Of a stretch of DNA of 64,000 bases, positions 1 to 13,274 are shown in pieces. The position numbers and the translations under genes were made by a program. Numbering within the stretch: position 1 is the stretch's first letter; every line of letters starts with the position of its first letter. The stretch comes from Octopus bimaculoides (lineage: Eukaryota): assembly GCF_001194135.2 (NCBI RefSeq), contig NC_068989.1:58780401-58844400 (forward strand), written 5' to 3'. The notes under the pieces are model-generated. The model had not been told where the DNA came from. It saw only the letters and a program-made list of their open reading frames with translations, and did not search any database.

Positions 1-51
1 ACAGTGCGTGTGTTTTTATTGGCTAAACTGGCAATATGACCATCCCCAAGT

Positions 52-96
<45 letters not shown>

Positions 97-1019
97 AAGT
101 GGAGAGGGAATGGGGAAGGATAGTTGAGATAGATGTTCATTTTGAATGGTATGCATAATTTAGAGATTTATTCAAATTATAATGCTTATTACTTTTAAAG
201 TACCTCCTTATAGGTTGTTCAATTTTGGAATACCAGCTGTATAACCAGTTCGTTTTTATCTTCAGTTATAATAAAAACAATCTTACATTAATGGGTTATT
301 CTATACTTTTGTAGATTACAAATTTATTATTCTTATACAAGAATGTTGTTGACAGTGGCTTCGAAGTTTCGGCCAGCTATATGGATAATATTGTTCAATT
401 TGGCTGCTTCAACAGCAAAATGTTGCTAGGCTATAAATGAGCGAACATCAAGGTCAGAATAAGAAAGGTACAGAAAAAAAACAAAAAAACCCACAGGTCC
501 TCTTGACAAGCGAAAAGGAAGAGTTATGAAGAGAACGGGAAAATATATAAACAGAAAGGTGAGGATAAAAAAATAAATACACAAAAAACAATATTTAAAT
601 ACAAAAACACTCTTTCGGCTATACGACAGAAATAAACAGGACTTGTGTGAAAGTAACGCTAATAGAAAAGTACGTGGTCCTTTCAATTTGGAAAGGGTAT
701 GTGTAGAAAAGCAAAATACACCTAAGCAAAACATGAATTGAAAGTAAATTTAAAATCTTAGGCAGGCAATTAAAAAAAAAACAACAACTGATCAAGGAAA
801 CGGAGAAGCTAAAAAGGGTGGGTGGTCATTGGTGTCTTTCTTGGAGGTGGGAGAAAGAAAGGGTAATAATAGTGAGTAGAGAGAAAGATAGACAGCAAGA
901 GAGAGGGAGAAGCGTACTGAGAGAAAGAAGAGTTGGAATGGATGAAACTAAAGTAGATAGAAAAGTAAAAAGAAACAGAGAGTATACACAAACCTGTTAT
1001 TATTTACTTTATCTATTTT

Positions 1020-1200
1020 AGTCAATGCGCTGCGGCCATAATGGGGCACCGCCTGCAGTACTTATTCTTTTTAATCTGGTACTTATTCGATCGGTGTCTT
1101 TTGTTGAACCGCCTTAGTTCCAGATTGTAAACAAATCAACTCCGGTTGTCAAACGGTGTAAAGGAAAAACCCAAAGAGGGGTATGCATATACATACATTT
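1020..1200 (-). mobile_element. SINE family A tail fragment, diverged
   Basis: CTGCGGCCATAATGGGGCACCGCC..GTACTTATTCGATCGGTGTCTTTTGTTGAACCGCC resembles the family A tail. Confidence 0.6.
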
Positions 1201-1310
1201 ATATTCAACACATCCACTGAAAAGTCATCAGCCGGTCTAGAGTTATTCTAAAAGATTCTTGCACTTTAACTGGATTCGAAATCGTGTATTAGTGAAGCGA
1301 ACTTCTCTGT

Positions 1311-1556
1311 ATAACCGGTTTCCCGGTTTCATTGGCGTATAGGTTCCCCACCTGGACGGGACGCCGGTTCGTCACCGGTGAGCTGCTAGATGCAGGAGGA
1401 AAGAGTGAGATAAAGTTGTGGCGAAAGATTCAGTAGAAGTCGCTATTACCTTCTGCCGGTGCTACGTGGAGCTTAGGTGTTTCGCTCATAAGTACACACA
1501 TCACCCGGTCTGAGATTCGAACCTGCGATCCCTCGACCGTGAGTCCGCTGCCTCCA
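1311..1556 (-). mobile_element. tRNA-headed SINE, family C (my label), 5'-clipped variant
   Basis: Minus strand reads GGAGGCAGCGGACTCACGGTCGAGGGATCGCAGGTTCGAATCTCAGACCGGG (B-box-like GGTTCGAATC). Body is homologous to 4583-4968 (GAGCGAAACACCTAAGCTCCACG). Confidence 0.7.
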
Positions 1557-2261
1557 CTTTGTATATGTTAAATAATCTTATTTATCCTAAAATATGTGGT
1601 AGTTATGGTTGGAATTCTTTTGAACCAAGGCGCCCTGCTCGATTAGATTTCATCTGCTGTTAATCAATAGCAACATGTATGTGTATGTAAATCATTTGTA
1701 ATTAACACAATTATGCTCCAATTTTGACGTTGTTAATATTTCTATTTTATCAATCCTAAATCAGAGATAATCGTTGGAAAGTGTTTTTAGAAGACAATAT
1801 GTCCTAAACGGAACTCTATCCCCAAATGCTAAAGCATCTGACTTCTCACTTGTAAATTTATCATCCAGCTAACCAGTAATATAGATAAAATAGAAGCTAC
1901 GAGACTAATTTAAAAGATATATTTCGGAATATTTTTGTTTTCTTTCAAACAGGAGCAATTATTTTTAATCTTAAATAAACTAATGATTGCGCAGCTGCAA
2001 AAAATAAGAGACCATGCAGAAGGATGTGATTTAATACCGTGTTTTGAGATGTGTGAAAAGTAAAGTGATAGGGTGTAACTAAAGTTGAGTTTATTTTATT
2101 GAAGTACGAAGCTAATAAGCGTACCCTGATGTCAAACTTTATCCATGTCAAGTTGGATAATGATATTTTCATTGAGATTTTTTTAATGATGCCTACAAAG
2201 GAAGACATTCGGATACTATTTGTCAATTTCTCAACCAAAGTTTGCATATGCATTTATAATA

Positions 2262-2458
2262 TTGGTTTCACATTTTGGCACAAAGCCACCAATTTCGGAG
2301 TAAAGGGTAAGTCGATTACATTGACTCCATTGACCTGGTACTTGGTCTATCGACTTCAAAAGGATAAAAACAAAGTCGACCTCGGTAGAATTTGAACTCA
2401 GAACGTAGAAACGATCAAAATGTCACGAAGCATTTTGCTGGTGTGCTTACGATAAGAC
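2262..2458 (-). mobile_element. SINE family B, diverged
   Basis: AAAGTCGACCTCGGTAGAATTTGAACTCAGAACGTAG is the reverse complement of the family B core (TACGTTCTGAGTTCAAATTCCGCCGAGGTCGACTTTG). Confidence 0.75.
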
Positions 2459-3636
2459 CATAAATATTTTCCTACTTGTTTAATAAAAACAAGTTTATGA
2501 GACTAAATTGTAAAAATATGATTTTATTTTGATTATGAATATTCTATTGCTTTGCGTAACCTGTTTCAGCTCTTATTACAAAACGGCAACCATTCCCAGT
2601 TACCTGTATATGATAAAGATCATAAATTCGAAAATATAGATTTTAAAATTCATGATTAGGATCGACGTTTTACACAGTTTATCAAAGTAAGATAACAACA
2701 CAGTCTATTATATTAAGGATGAGGCGTGAGAATATTTTAATCAACAGAAATTATACATAAACTTGTAGCAATACGGTCATCGGTGCGGTCTTCTGCTAGT
2801 CATTTTCAGAAGTACATGTATATCTATAAACACCTTGAAACAATATCGGCATTTCTCTAGGAAAGTTTCCCCAAAATTGTAGAAAAATCCGAAACTATTC
2901 CGAATTAATGCATCAAGAAGAATACTCTGGTTTTTAGGTCTTCCTGGAATAAAACAAGAACAGAAAATAGCTGAAATAGACGGATAAGCTCTCCTCTTCA
3001 TTCTCGCTCCTTTACATGTGTACCACACACACACACGCACACACACACACACACACATTTTCTCACTTATCTCTCTTGGAGGCCACTATACATACAGTAT
3101 AACCGGTGCATTGTAATAATTTCTTATCTAAAATCATATATTTCAAAAGTTAGCATGCGATTTGATTTCAAATAATATGGAAAGTAAAATATTTTTCATT
3201 CTTTAATTGTTTTATATTTAAATTTGTTATATTCATAAAATAATCAGGTATCATTCCCTTTAAAATGAATCGTTAATATTTTTATAATGATTTAAATACA
3301 TATACATGCATAAATATATATATATATATACATACACACACACACACACACACATACACACATATACACTCTTAAAAACATCCACATACATAGGAGTGGA
3401 GTATAACGTGTTCATATAAACGCAGGGATTGCACGAGAAGAGGATGGGTACTAACATTCATCGTTCAAGTACAGGTTTACTATTTTGCTTTTTCTATTTC
3501 ACCCCACTTCATTAAGATGTATGTATGTATGTGTGTATGAATGTATGTAGATGTGTATGAGTGTGCATGTGTGTGTATGTGTGTATTCTTTACTCTTTCA
3601 CTTGTTGGACTGCAGTGTATATATATATATATATAT

Positions 3637-3802
3637 TTTTTTTCTCCGTGTTTTTCTCCTTGTTTTCTCCGTATCCTTTCTGTTGAAGAGCGTAGCTCGA
3701 AACGTTAAAGACTTTCCGTATTCCCGAGCGTCATACTAATACATCCTTTTGTTGTTTACACCACCTGTCCTCGTCTGTTGTAGTTTTTTTTCGTACATTC
3801 TC

Positions 3803-3804
<2 letters not shown>
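3637..3804 (+). mobile_element. Short non-autonomous element with a degenerate hammerhead core (CUGUUGA..GAAACGUU), flanked by (TA)n
   Basis: CCTTT-CTGTTGA-AGAGCGTAGCTC-GAAAC-GTT-AAAG; homologous to 61894-62047 (-), 63685-63840 (+), 14245-14400 (+) and 14815-14872 (-). Confidence 0.7.
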
Positions 3805-3847
<43 letters not shown>

Positions 3848-4167
3848 AAGCTAGAAAGATACAAAGATAGATAGATAAATTAATTAATTGATAGATAGGT
3901 AGATAGATAGATAGACACTTACAATCACATCGTTGGAGTTGCAATAATATAACTAAATCTATGTCATGGTTTTGTGTTTGTAATTGTAAAGGGCGGGGAA
4001 TAGAGAAAGCAATGACTGGAGTCTGTAATGTGTATGTCTATCTCTTTAACGTTTCGGTAATCTGTGAACAGTTATACACGAGATGGATTCAGAGATACTA
4101 GTTGTAACAAGTGATTGATCCATCCACAATCAGAAATATTTGACAGATTCGATTGGAAGCTGATAAT

Positions 4168-4487
4168 TCTTTACTTGTTTCAGTCATTTGGTTGCAGTCA
4201 TGCTGGAGCACCGTCTTTAGTCGAAACAATCGACCCCGGGACTTACACTTTGTAAGCCTAGTATTTATTCTATCAGTCTCTTTTGTAGAATCGCTAAGTT
4301 ACGGAGAACAAACACACCAACATTGATTGTCGAGCGACTGTGGTGGGGACAAACACCGACACACAATTTCACAGACACAGCCACTCAAATTCACCGGCCC
4401 GAGGCTATAGTAGAAGATACTTGCCCAGTGGGACTGAATCCGTAACCATGTGGTTGGGAACCAAGCTTCTTACCACACAGCCACTCC
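4168..4487 (-). mobile_element. SINE family A (tRNA-like head, internal microsatellite), partly deleted
   Basis: Shares the GGAGTGGCTGTGTGGTAAG head and the CAGTCATTTG..GCAGTCATGCTGGAGCACCG tail with 18976-19424, 38641-39005 and 61684-62333. Confidence 0.8.
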
Positions 4488-4582
4488 GAAATTTTTAAGC
4501 AGTCATTCTTTTGCTTTGACCAAGTTCAATGCAATAACACTGTAAACTAATCAAATATCTGTTTATCTTACACTTCTCTCAC

Positions 4583-4968
4583 TATGTTGCTGGCACTCCA
4601 TCCCTTACGACGTCGAGGGTTCCAGTTGATCCGATCAATGGAACAGCCTGCTCGTGAAATTAACGTGCAAGTGGCTGAACACTCCACACACACGTGTACC
4701 CTTAACGTAGTTCACGGAGATATTCAGCGTGACACAGTGTGACAAGGCTGACCCTTTGACTTACAGGCACAACAGAAACAGGAAGTAAGAGTGAGAGAAA
4801 GTTGTGGTGAAAGAGTACAGCAGGGTTCGCCACCATCCCCTGCCGGAGCCTCGTGGAGCTTTAGGTGTTTTCGCTCAATAAACACTCACAACGCCCGGTC
4901 TGGGAATCGAATCCGCGATCCTATGACCGCGAGTCCGCTGCCCTAACCAATGGGCCATTGCGCCTCCA
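4583..4968 (-). mobile_element. tRNA-headed SINE, family C, near full length
   Basis: Head GAGGCGCAATGGCCCATTGGTTAGGGCAGCGGACTCGCGGTCATAGGATCGCGGATTCGATTCCCAGACC has A-box- and B-box-like motifs; homologous to 1311-1556. Confidence 0.75.
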
Positions 4969-5437
4969 CTCTCTCGTTATATATAATGATAAACTCTAAC
5001 CACTCTGTGGCACCAAGGTATTGTTAAGTTGTCGGTTGACAAGTGTAATAGTTAAGAGGGTATAAAAAAATAATGAAAATAAATTATTTTAGGAAGTACA
5101 GTAAATAACAATTTTCGGAACTTATTAACGAAGCAAAATTGTAACAATTCTTAATGAAGTAGTGATATTAAAGCAACTTGGTAAATATACAAGATTGCAC
5201 ACTGGCGTAGACGAATAGAGAACAAGTGTTCAAGGTAATTTATTCTGAGTTACATAACTGAGGTGAATAATTCGTATGAAAAGCAAGAATAAAGTCAGTG
5301 TTAATATATTCAATGCAGGAATCAAGTTATCTTCAAATAAGTATGTATTGTAGGGAAAAATCAATAGTGGTTAATGATATATTTCTAATAACAGTTTTAC
5401 TCAGACTAACACGAGTTTCGTTGAAGCGTTGGAATTG

Positions 5438-5446
<9 letters not shown>

Positions 5447-5505
<59 letters not shown>

Positions 5506-5590
5506 GCTAGCTAGCTAGCTAGCTGTCCGTCCGTCCGTCCTTCCGTCCGTCCTTCCGTCCGTCTATCTGCCTGTCTGTCCCTCCGTCTGT
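5447..5590. repeat. Compound tetranucleotide microsatellite (TCTA)n(GCTA)n(GTCC)n
   Basis: Directly visible. Confidence 0.95.
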
Positions 5591-5594
5591 CTGT

Positions 5595-6002
5595 TGACTA
5601 TACTGAGACCGATGGGTCAAAAGAATATTGGTGGAACTTAAAGTTCAAAACAGCCACCAACATAACCGATCAGATATTGTTGAGTGGGAGTACAAGGAAC
5701 AGATGTGTGCTGTTGTGGCATTCAGCTGCCCTCTGGAAACCAATGTGGTTCGAAAAATACAAGAGAAAGAGGTTATCTATGGACCATTAATAAGAAGTTT
5801 GCAATTCCAGTACCCAGGATACACTTTCAGCTTCATACCTGTTATTGTTGGAGCAACAGGATACATACCAATCCGTCTGGAGCATGTTTTGGCTGAAACT
5901 GGGATCTTGGGGAGAGAATTCAAATCCCTAATTCATACACTACAAATGATCACGATTTCTTGGACTATAAAGATCTTCAAGACCTTAAAATTTAAAAGAT
6001 GA
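5595..6002 (+). pseudogene. 3' fragment of an RLE-clade non-LTR retrotransposon (R2/R4/NeSL/CRE-type) restriction-like endonuclease domain
   Basis: Translation KEYWWN..HNRSDIVEW..VVAFSCPLETNVVRKIQEKEVIYGPL..IPVIVGATGYIP fits the REL motif series RPD..E..P.D..K..KY..L..PvviGa.G.iP at the ORF C-terminus; one frameshift near 5650. Confidence 0.8.
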
Positions 6003-6100
6003 TGAACAAAACAAGATACTTACCTTAACAACCTTGTTACCAAATAGATGGGCGACCAAAATTTACTTTAAATTAAAAGGAGAAAGTTAACCTACACACA

Positions 6101-6180
<80 letters not shown>

Positions 6181-6720
6181 TACACACATGTCTGCATGTG
6201 TATGTGAGAATAATTCTGATATATTCTCTTTCAAATGTTATTAGTGCGAAGTAGTTACAATAAATTATACACTATTATAAAAAAACTAGCTTGGAAATTA
6301 TTATTAATTTCTATGTGACTCGAATATCAATCAGGAGTTGACAAAGAAAAAATGTAACAATAGTTTTTGCTGATTTGATTTATATATCATAAGTTAAAAT
6401 ACATAACACTGACGAAAGACATGTGTCATTAGAAAGAGGTTTGTGACTTCATGAAATTTCTTGCATTATTCCTTACAGCATATAATTCTTATAATACATA
6501 ATAGCATTCACATACTGCGTAGATAACTGCAATTATTTCTTCGTCAGCAATTGGCTGTGAAATACTGATGATATAAATGGCAAAAATCTGATAAAACCAT
6601 TTAAACGCACACATACATACGTACATACACACACAAACAAACCTACATAAACAGATTCGCATACAAACACTAAGACATATATACATCCACGAAACGCTTA
6701 CTATTATGTGTGTGTGTATG

Positions 6721-6774
<54 letters not shown>

Positions 6775-6957
6775 CGCACGTATATGTATGTGTGCTTGAG
6801 TGTGTGTATATGTATATACACACTCAGACACACACATACATGTATATATTTAGATATATTTACATACATAAATATGTGCGTGTATGTGTATTTATGCATG
6901 TATGTGAAAATGTACATTTATACATCAATAGATATGCACAAACGCACACATCTATGC

Positions 6958-7028
<71 letters not shown>

Positions 7029-7174
7029 CGTGTGTTTATGTATGTATATATGCATATTTATGACTGCGCAGCCAGATATACATCTTCATTTCTACTTAGC
7101 CATTCATATGCAATTAATACATTTCGCTAACTAACTCATTTTACACACACACATATATAGATAGTCACATATAT

Positions 7175-7224
<50 letters not shown>

Positions 7225-8699
7225 ATATATACCCTTAGAAATACGAATATAAATACATAATATGTTACACAATGCATAGACGCATGAACATAGACAAAAC
7301 CAGAAAAAAATTGCAAACATACAGTTTGCCTTATTTTCACCCATTTTGATAATTCACTATATTCCAGTGATAAAAAAGTAGTTTGTAATTACATCTGCAA
7401 AACAATTCCTATTCTTTCATGCCGACTGTTCCTCTAATTCTAAGCGACTGTCTGGCAGGTATAGCCATCAAACCCCCTCCCCATTGATCACCAGTGCCGA
7501 ACTAATGTCGTGAAAAATCTACCCTACCCTCCTCTTTGCTGCCTCTTATCAGATAAAGATCATTCTACCCATTTTAAGGTTCTAGAAAACTACATTTCTC
7601 TCTTCTCTTTTATTTCCTACTTACTAGAGCAGGTTTCTCTGCCTGAACAACTCACCGTTCTAGCTTCCTATTTCACCAGCTGTCTCAACCAACCGTCTGC
7701 TTAACTTACAAACTATGGCCTTTTTTTCTCCATCAACGATTAGCGTTGTTTTTTTCTTTATCTTTTATTCGTTTTATCTTTTTTTCTTTTACGTTTTACT
7801 ACACTTGAATTCTTTTTACACAACTCTTTTAAGAAACTGGCTTTCAGCTCATTTTCTCTTCCATCATATTTCTATACAAAAGTAATTATTGTTTCTGCAC
7901 CCACTAGCACATACCCCAATGAAATCATATATTGTCTATGTCAGTGTATCTTAACTTTATTTTTCTATATGCATTATAGTTTTCCGTATCCGTCTTCTTT
8001 CACGCCTAACCAAGTGTATGAATTCTAATATTTTATTTGTTACATTTTTTTTTATTCACAAATTTGATTTAGTTTGATTTCAGGTAATCATCCATTTTCA
8101 TCCACATGAATAATTATCAGATCTTTAATTTTCAAATATAAAACTGACTTTATTGTTTGAAGATGACACAAATTTCCTCGCAGAAAAAAATTTGCTAAGC
8201 GGCTGTTTGTTTCGAAAATTTACAAACATGAATTCATACTTACAGACTCATAAAATCCTAATAAAGTACAACATTTATCAAACACCTGTACAATAATTAC
8301 TTAAAATTATACAGTATTGACCAATCATAATACAGTACAGTATCTACCAACATTAATATAGTGCAGTATTCATCATATCATAGTACAATATCTGCCAAAC
8401 TCATTATGTGGTATACATGTAGAACGCGAATGCTTTTTGGTGATCTTTGATTTCTGTTACATTCGTATCGTCACTTATTTATAAAATGCATGGTGAAACA
8501 AGCAATGTACCATGTGTGATCGGTGCCGTTGACAGAGTGTTAGTGTTAAAAACTAATGTTACAAATTTGTCACAAACTTCTTTGCATCCGGGCAAAGCGC
8601 CAATTCCAACAATTTCCCTTAAATTGTTAAAGAATAAGTATCTAAATAAACTTTAATTGTAGAAGTGAAGATATTTATCGATTCAGGCTAATTTAACTC

Positions 8700-10650
8700 T
8701 AACAGAAGCATTACTTATAACAAATGCCGAATATTAGCTACTTTCGCTAAACACGTGGCATTCAGTTACAGTCACATGCAAAACAATCGCCAATAAAATG
8801 ATAGCTGCCCTCATTCATCTCCAATCTGCATTCTCACTAAAGTCCTAAACAACTTAGCTTTCTGATATCTTCATTGAATAAACAGATTACTCCTACTCCA
8901 AGGTTATCAAGGAAGAAATTGAAGCTATGATCTGGTTTGCTTCTCGATTTGCTTCGATTTTGTCTCGGAATATCTGTTCCGTCCAATATATGAAAACATG
9001 CAAGAGTATATCCCGTCGCGAAGAAAAAAAGAAACCTTTTCTATTCTACAATCTAAAGATCGATGTTTCTCACTTTCAGTATTGCAAAGATGATGCTAAC
9101 AATGTCAGACAGCCATAAGGCGGCGAACTGGCAGAAACGTTAGCACGCCGGGCGCAATACTTAGCGGTATTTCGTGTCTTTACGTTCTGAGTTCAAATTC
9201 CGCCGAGGTCGACTTTGCCTTTCATCCTCTCGGGGTCAATAAATTAAGTACCAGTTGCGTATTGGGGTCGATGTAATCGACTGGACCTCTCTCCCCAAAA
9301 TTTCGGGCCTTGTGCCTAGAGTAGAAAAGAATGTTAGCCATTTCCTTCATCACGTGAACTATCTTCTTCTCACCAATGATCTTTATTACAAATATAGCCC
9401 CGGGTCTGTAAGGAACCTGCTTTTCTGTGCGAAACACGCACGGCCTGAAGATTACCAAGACAATTGCTTTTAATATCAACAAAATGTTGATTTCAAATTT
9501 TGACACAAGGCCAGCAAGTTTGGGATAAGGAGATAGTCGATTACATCGACTCCAATACTCAGCTGGTGCTTAGATCCCGAAGAAATAAAAGGCAAAATCA
9601 ATCTTGGTGGAATTTAAATTCAGAACGTAAAAACAGACGAAATACCGCTAACGATTTTGCCAGCTCACCGCCTCAACGTCGGTAAAATATTGGTTTCAAG
9701 TTTTGGCACAAGGCCAGCAATTTCAGGGATGGGGCTAAGTCGATTAGATGGACTACAGTGCTCAAATGGTACTTATTTTATCGACGCTGAAAAGATAAAA
9801 GGCAGAGTCTACCTCGGCGACATTTGAGCTCAGAACTTGAAATCGGAAGAAAAACTGTCTAGCATTTTGTCCAGCGTGATAACGATATTGCCAGCTCGCC
9901 TTAGTAAAATATTAAGATGTGTGTAGTAGCTGAACTTCAGAGCAAAGTTTTCTGTTTATGTTCCCCATCCAGCGTCTATATGGCCTCTCAACCAGATAGA
10001 AATAGCCAGCAAACATCTATTAAATTATCCCTTAATTAAATAGAAATGATGAAATGGTCACTGTTTGAACGTATTCGGTAGATGAGAACAATAACACTTC
10101 TCTATTAACTTTCATCACCCACAGACAATCTTCATATCTTGCAATGAAAAGCAAGAAAATGTCTAATTCTATCAACAGTCCCTGTGTGTGCCGTTACGGC
10201 GCATATGAAGGAAATAGTTTTGCATAATAATACTCCATTCAAACAAAAAATTCAACCATTGATTCATCAGTTGTTTATATAATTGTCCTGTCACTTTAAT
10301 TGCTGCTACAAGGGCTTCTACTCCTCAGAGCTGACAAACAGGAATGGAGTTGACTTATTCCGTTACTCGGCTTAACGGGACCAACTGGACTTTTAACAAT
10401 TTTGGCAGAGTTTAGTTTGTTGTTTCCCAGTTTGATATCACCAAATGAGTTCTGGGTACCTGTTGTAGAATATAAAATCTTTTGTTGCCCAATTTATCCC
10501 CACCATCCGGTCCTTGAATGTCTTTAGCAGAGTTTACTCTGTGGCATATATCCAAATTACACTACGATTCGGAGAGAACCTCTTCCAGCATCTGCCTTTC
10601 AGGCCTGAAAGAAATAAACGGTCGTGTTTGCTGCCTTTCTTGCTAATATT
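8700..10650 (-). mobile_element. Heavily decayed CR1/L2-like LINE RT remnant interrupted by SINEs
   Basis: Patchy minus-strand translations: SAKDIQGPDG..TLPKLLKVQLVPL (RT domain 0/1-like, ~10400-10560), TQGLLIELDIFLLFI (PQG-like, ~10150-10190), KLFRTLVR (C-terminal-like, ~8840). Confidence 0.45.
9116..9902. mobile_element. Cluster of three SINE family B copies: 9116-9330 (+), 9497-9680 (-), 9690-9902 (-)
   Basis: Head GGCGGCGAACTGGCAGAAACGTTAGCACGCCGGGCG and core GGTCGACTTTGCCTTTCATCCTCTCGGGGTC, present in both orientations. Confidence 0.85.
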
Positions 10651-11524
10651 ATCCTTAGACCATTTCCTTAGTCTAAGATATGATCGTCTCACAATCTACA
10701 ACTCTACGCCCCAGTACGAACTGACATCAGTAACATATCACTGTTTAACTTCAGTATGACTACTACCAATGCAGGCATGAAATAATTCCTTCTGATGCTA
10801 AATCTTTGGATTCTGTGGAATGAGATGTTGCTTAGAAGCAGTTATGTAGAACCCAGATTGTTAGAAACAATAAAGGCTTTTCAACTAATCATATACTCCG
10901 TTATTAAGGACAGTTGAGTAATGTCAAGCAAATTAATCATTTCAGTTCTCAATACGAGCTTTTGTAAATCATAGGAAAATATTTCGAAGAATTTTCTAAG
11001 AGCTGGCTATGACAATATTGCTTGTTATGGGGGATATTAGTGCACAAGTATCTTATATCATTATATTTCATTTGTTACTTTATCAATGTCAAAAGTAATT
11101 CGCTAAATTCCATTTCTATGAAGAAAAGAATTTACAAAAGAAGACACGAAATGGTTATTCTGAGACAGTTTATGTCAGTAGCAACCATTATTTTTGATGA
11201 CCTTTTTGCTCAATGTAAAATTCGAGTCGTTGTTTAGCCCTTGGTCAGAACTGATTAAACCATTTCAACCGAGATAATTTCAGTTTTTTTTCACACAATA
11301 CATCAAGGACTATACTATCCAATGTATCCTTGAACTGTTTTAAAATAGCAGGTTGTTGTTTACGGGGTCGGGTGTTGACTACGAACTCTTGCACTAACAA
11401 ACTCCCCCGTCGAGTGGATAAAACTAACAATATTCTTTGATCGAATCAATCATCAATACTTATCAGATTAACAACAAAAGACATATTCAATTATTATTAG
11501 AATTTCTTCTAGACATATATTTAC

Positions 11525-11582
<58 letters not shown>

Positions 11583-12555
11583 NNNNNNNNNNNNNNNNNN
11601 NNNNNNNNNNNNNNNNNNNNNNNNNNNNNNNNNNNNNNNNNNNNNNNNNNNNNNNNNNNNNNNNNNNNNNNNNNNNNNNNNNNNNNNNNNNNNNNNNNNN
11701 NNNNNNNNNNNNNNNNNNNNNNNNNNNNNNNNNNNNNNNNNNNNNNNNNNNNNNNNNNNNNNNNNNNNNNNNNNNNNNNNNNNNNNNNNNNNNNNNNNNN
11801 NNNNNNNNNNNNNNNNNNNNNNNNNNNNNNNNNNNNNNNNNNNNNNNNNNNNNNNNNNNNNNNNNNNNNNNNNNNNNNNNNNNNNNNNNNNNNNNNNNNN
11901 NNNNNNNNNNNNNNNNNNNNNNNNNNNNNNNNNNNNNNNNNNNNNNNNNNNNNNNNNNNNNNNNNNNNNNNNNNNNNNNNNNNNNNNNNNNNNNNNNNNN
12001 NNNNNNNNNNNNNNNNNNNNNNNNNNNNNNNNNNNNNNNNNNNNNNNNNNNNNNNNNNNNNNNNNNNNNNNNNNNNNNNNNNNNNNNNNNNNNNNNNNNN
12101 NNNNNNNNNNNNNNNNNNNNNNNNNNNNNNNNNNNNNNNNNNNNNNNNNNNNNNNNNNNNNNNNNNNNNNNNNNNNNNNNNNNNNNNNNNNNNNNNNNNN
12201 NNNNNNNNNNNNNNNNNNNNNNNNNNNNNNNNNNNNNNNNNNNNNNNNNNNNNNNNNNNNNNNNNNNNNNNNNNNNNNNNNNNNNNNNNNNNNNNNNNNN
12301 NNNNNNNNNNNNNNNNNNNNNNNNNNNNNNNTATATATATATATATGTGTGCGTGTGCGCGCGCGTATGGCTGTGTCTGTGATAACCGATGCTAGTGTGT
12401 GTACGTCCCGTAACTTAGCGGTCCGGCAAAAGTATCCGATAGAATAAGCACTAGGCTTACAAAACATAAGTCCTGGGGTCGATTTGTTCGACTAAAGGCG
12501 GTGCTCCAGCATGGCCGCAGTCAAATGACTGAAGCAAATAAAAGAATAAAAGATT

Positions 12556-12602
<47 letters not shown>

Positions 12603-13267
12603 CATACATGCCCATGTAAATATATCCTACTATTTAACCTTAAAATCCTAACCTCTTACCAATACGCTTAACTGTCTCCCTTACCCTGATGTTCATTTGC
12701 AGAAGTGTAATTTCCAATCGCAATGTTTAAAACGTAAAAAGCCGTGACATTTTAGACTGAAAATGTAACGGGTGGTACTTATTAATTTTCTCTAAAATAT
12801 GTTTGTAGATATTGTTTCTTAATCGCTTCTCATTTACTTCGCAAATAGTTTCAATGTTATTTAATTAGATTATCACCATTAAAAATTTTAATTGGCCAGT
12901 AATTACATAAATTAAATAAATAATTGTGTATGTGCTGCTAAACACGTATCTTTTCAGCGTTTAGTCGAGGAAGAAAGGCAGCACACACGACCGTCTATTT
13001 CTTTCGGGCCTGAAAGGCAGATGCTGGAAGAGGTTCTCTCCGAATCGTAGAGTAATTTGGATATATGCCACAGAGTAAACTCTGCTAAAGACATTCAAGG
13101 ACCAGATGGTGGTGTTAAGTTGGACAACAAAAGATTTTATATTCTACAACAGGTACCCAGAACTCATTTGGTGATATTAAACTGGGAAACAACAAACTAA
13201 GCTCTGCCAAAATTGTTAAAAGTCCAGTTGGTCCTGTTAAGCCGAGTAACGGAATAAATCTATTCCA
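10345..13267. repeat. Inverted repeat, 297-bp arms (10345-10641 and 12971-13267), ~95% identical
   Basis: Manual reverse-complement alignment: about 15 mismatches, no indels. Confidence 0.9.
12378..12555 (+). mobile_element. SINE family A, 3' half (5' half probably in the gap)
   Basis: GATAACCGATGCTAGTGTGTGTACGTCCCGTAACTTAGCGG..GGCGGTGCTCCAGCATGGCCGCAGTCAAATGACTGAA matches the family A tail. Confidence 0.8.
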
Positions 13268-13274
13268 AATAGAT

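Noticed and set aside
345-420. Degenerate hammerhead-like CUGUUGA..GCCGAAAC on the minus strand
   Set aside because: Stem II is long and irregular, with no cleavage triplet or stem I; could be chance or overlap a plus-strand exon.
4895-4968. Possible tRNA gene
   Set aside because: The acceptor and anticodon stems do not pair, and it continues into a SINE body seen elsewhere; it is a SINE head.
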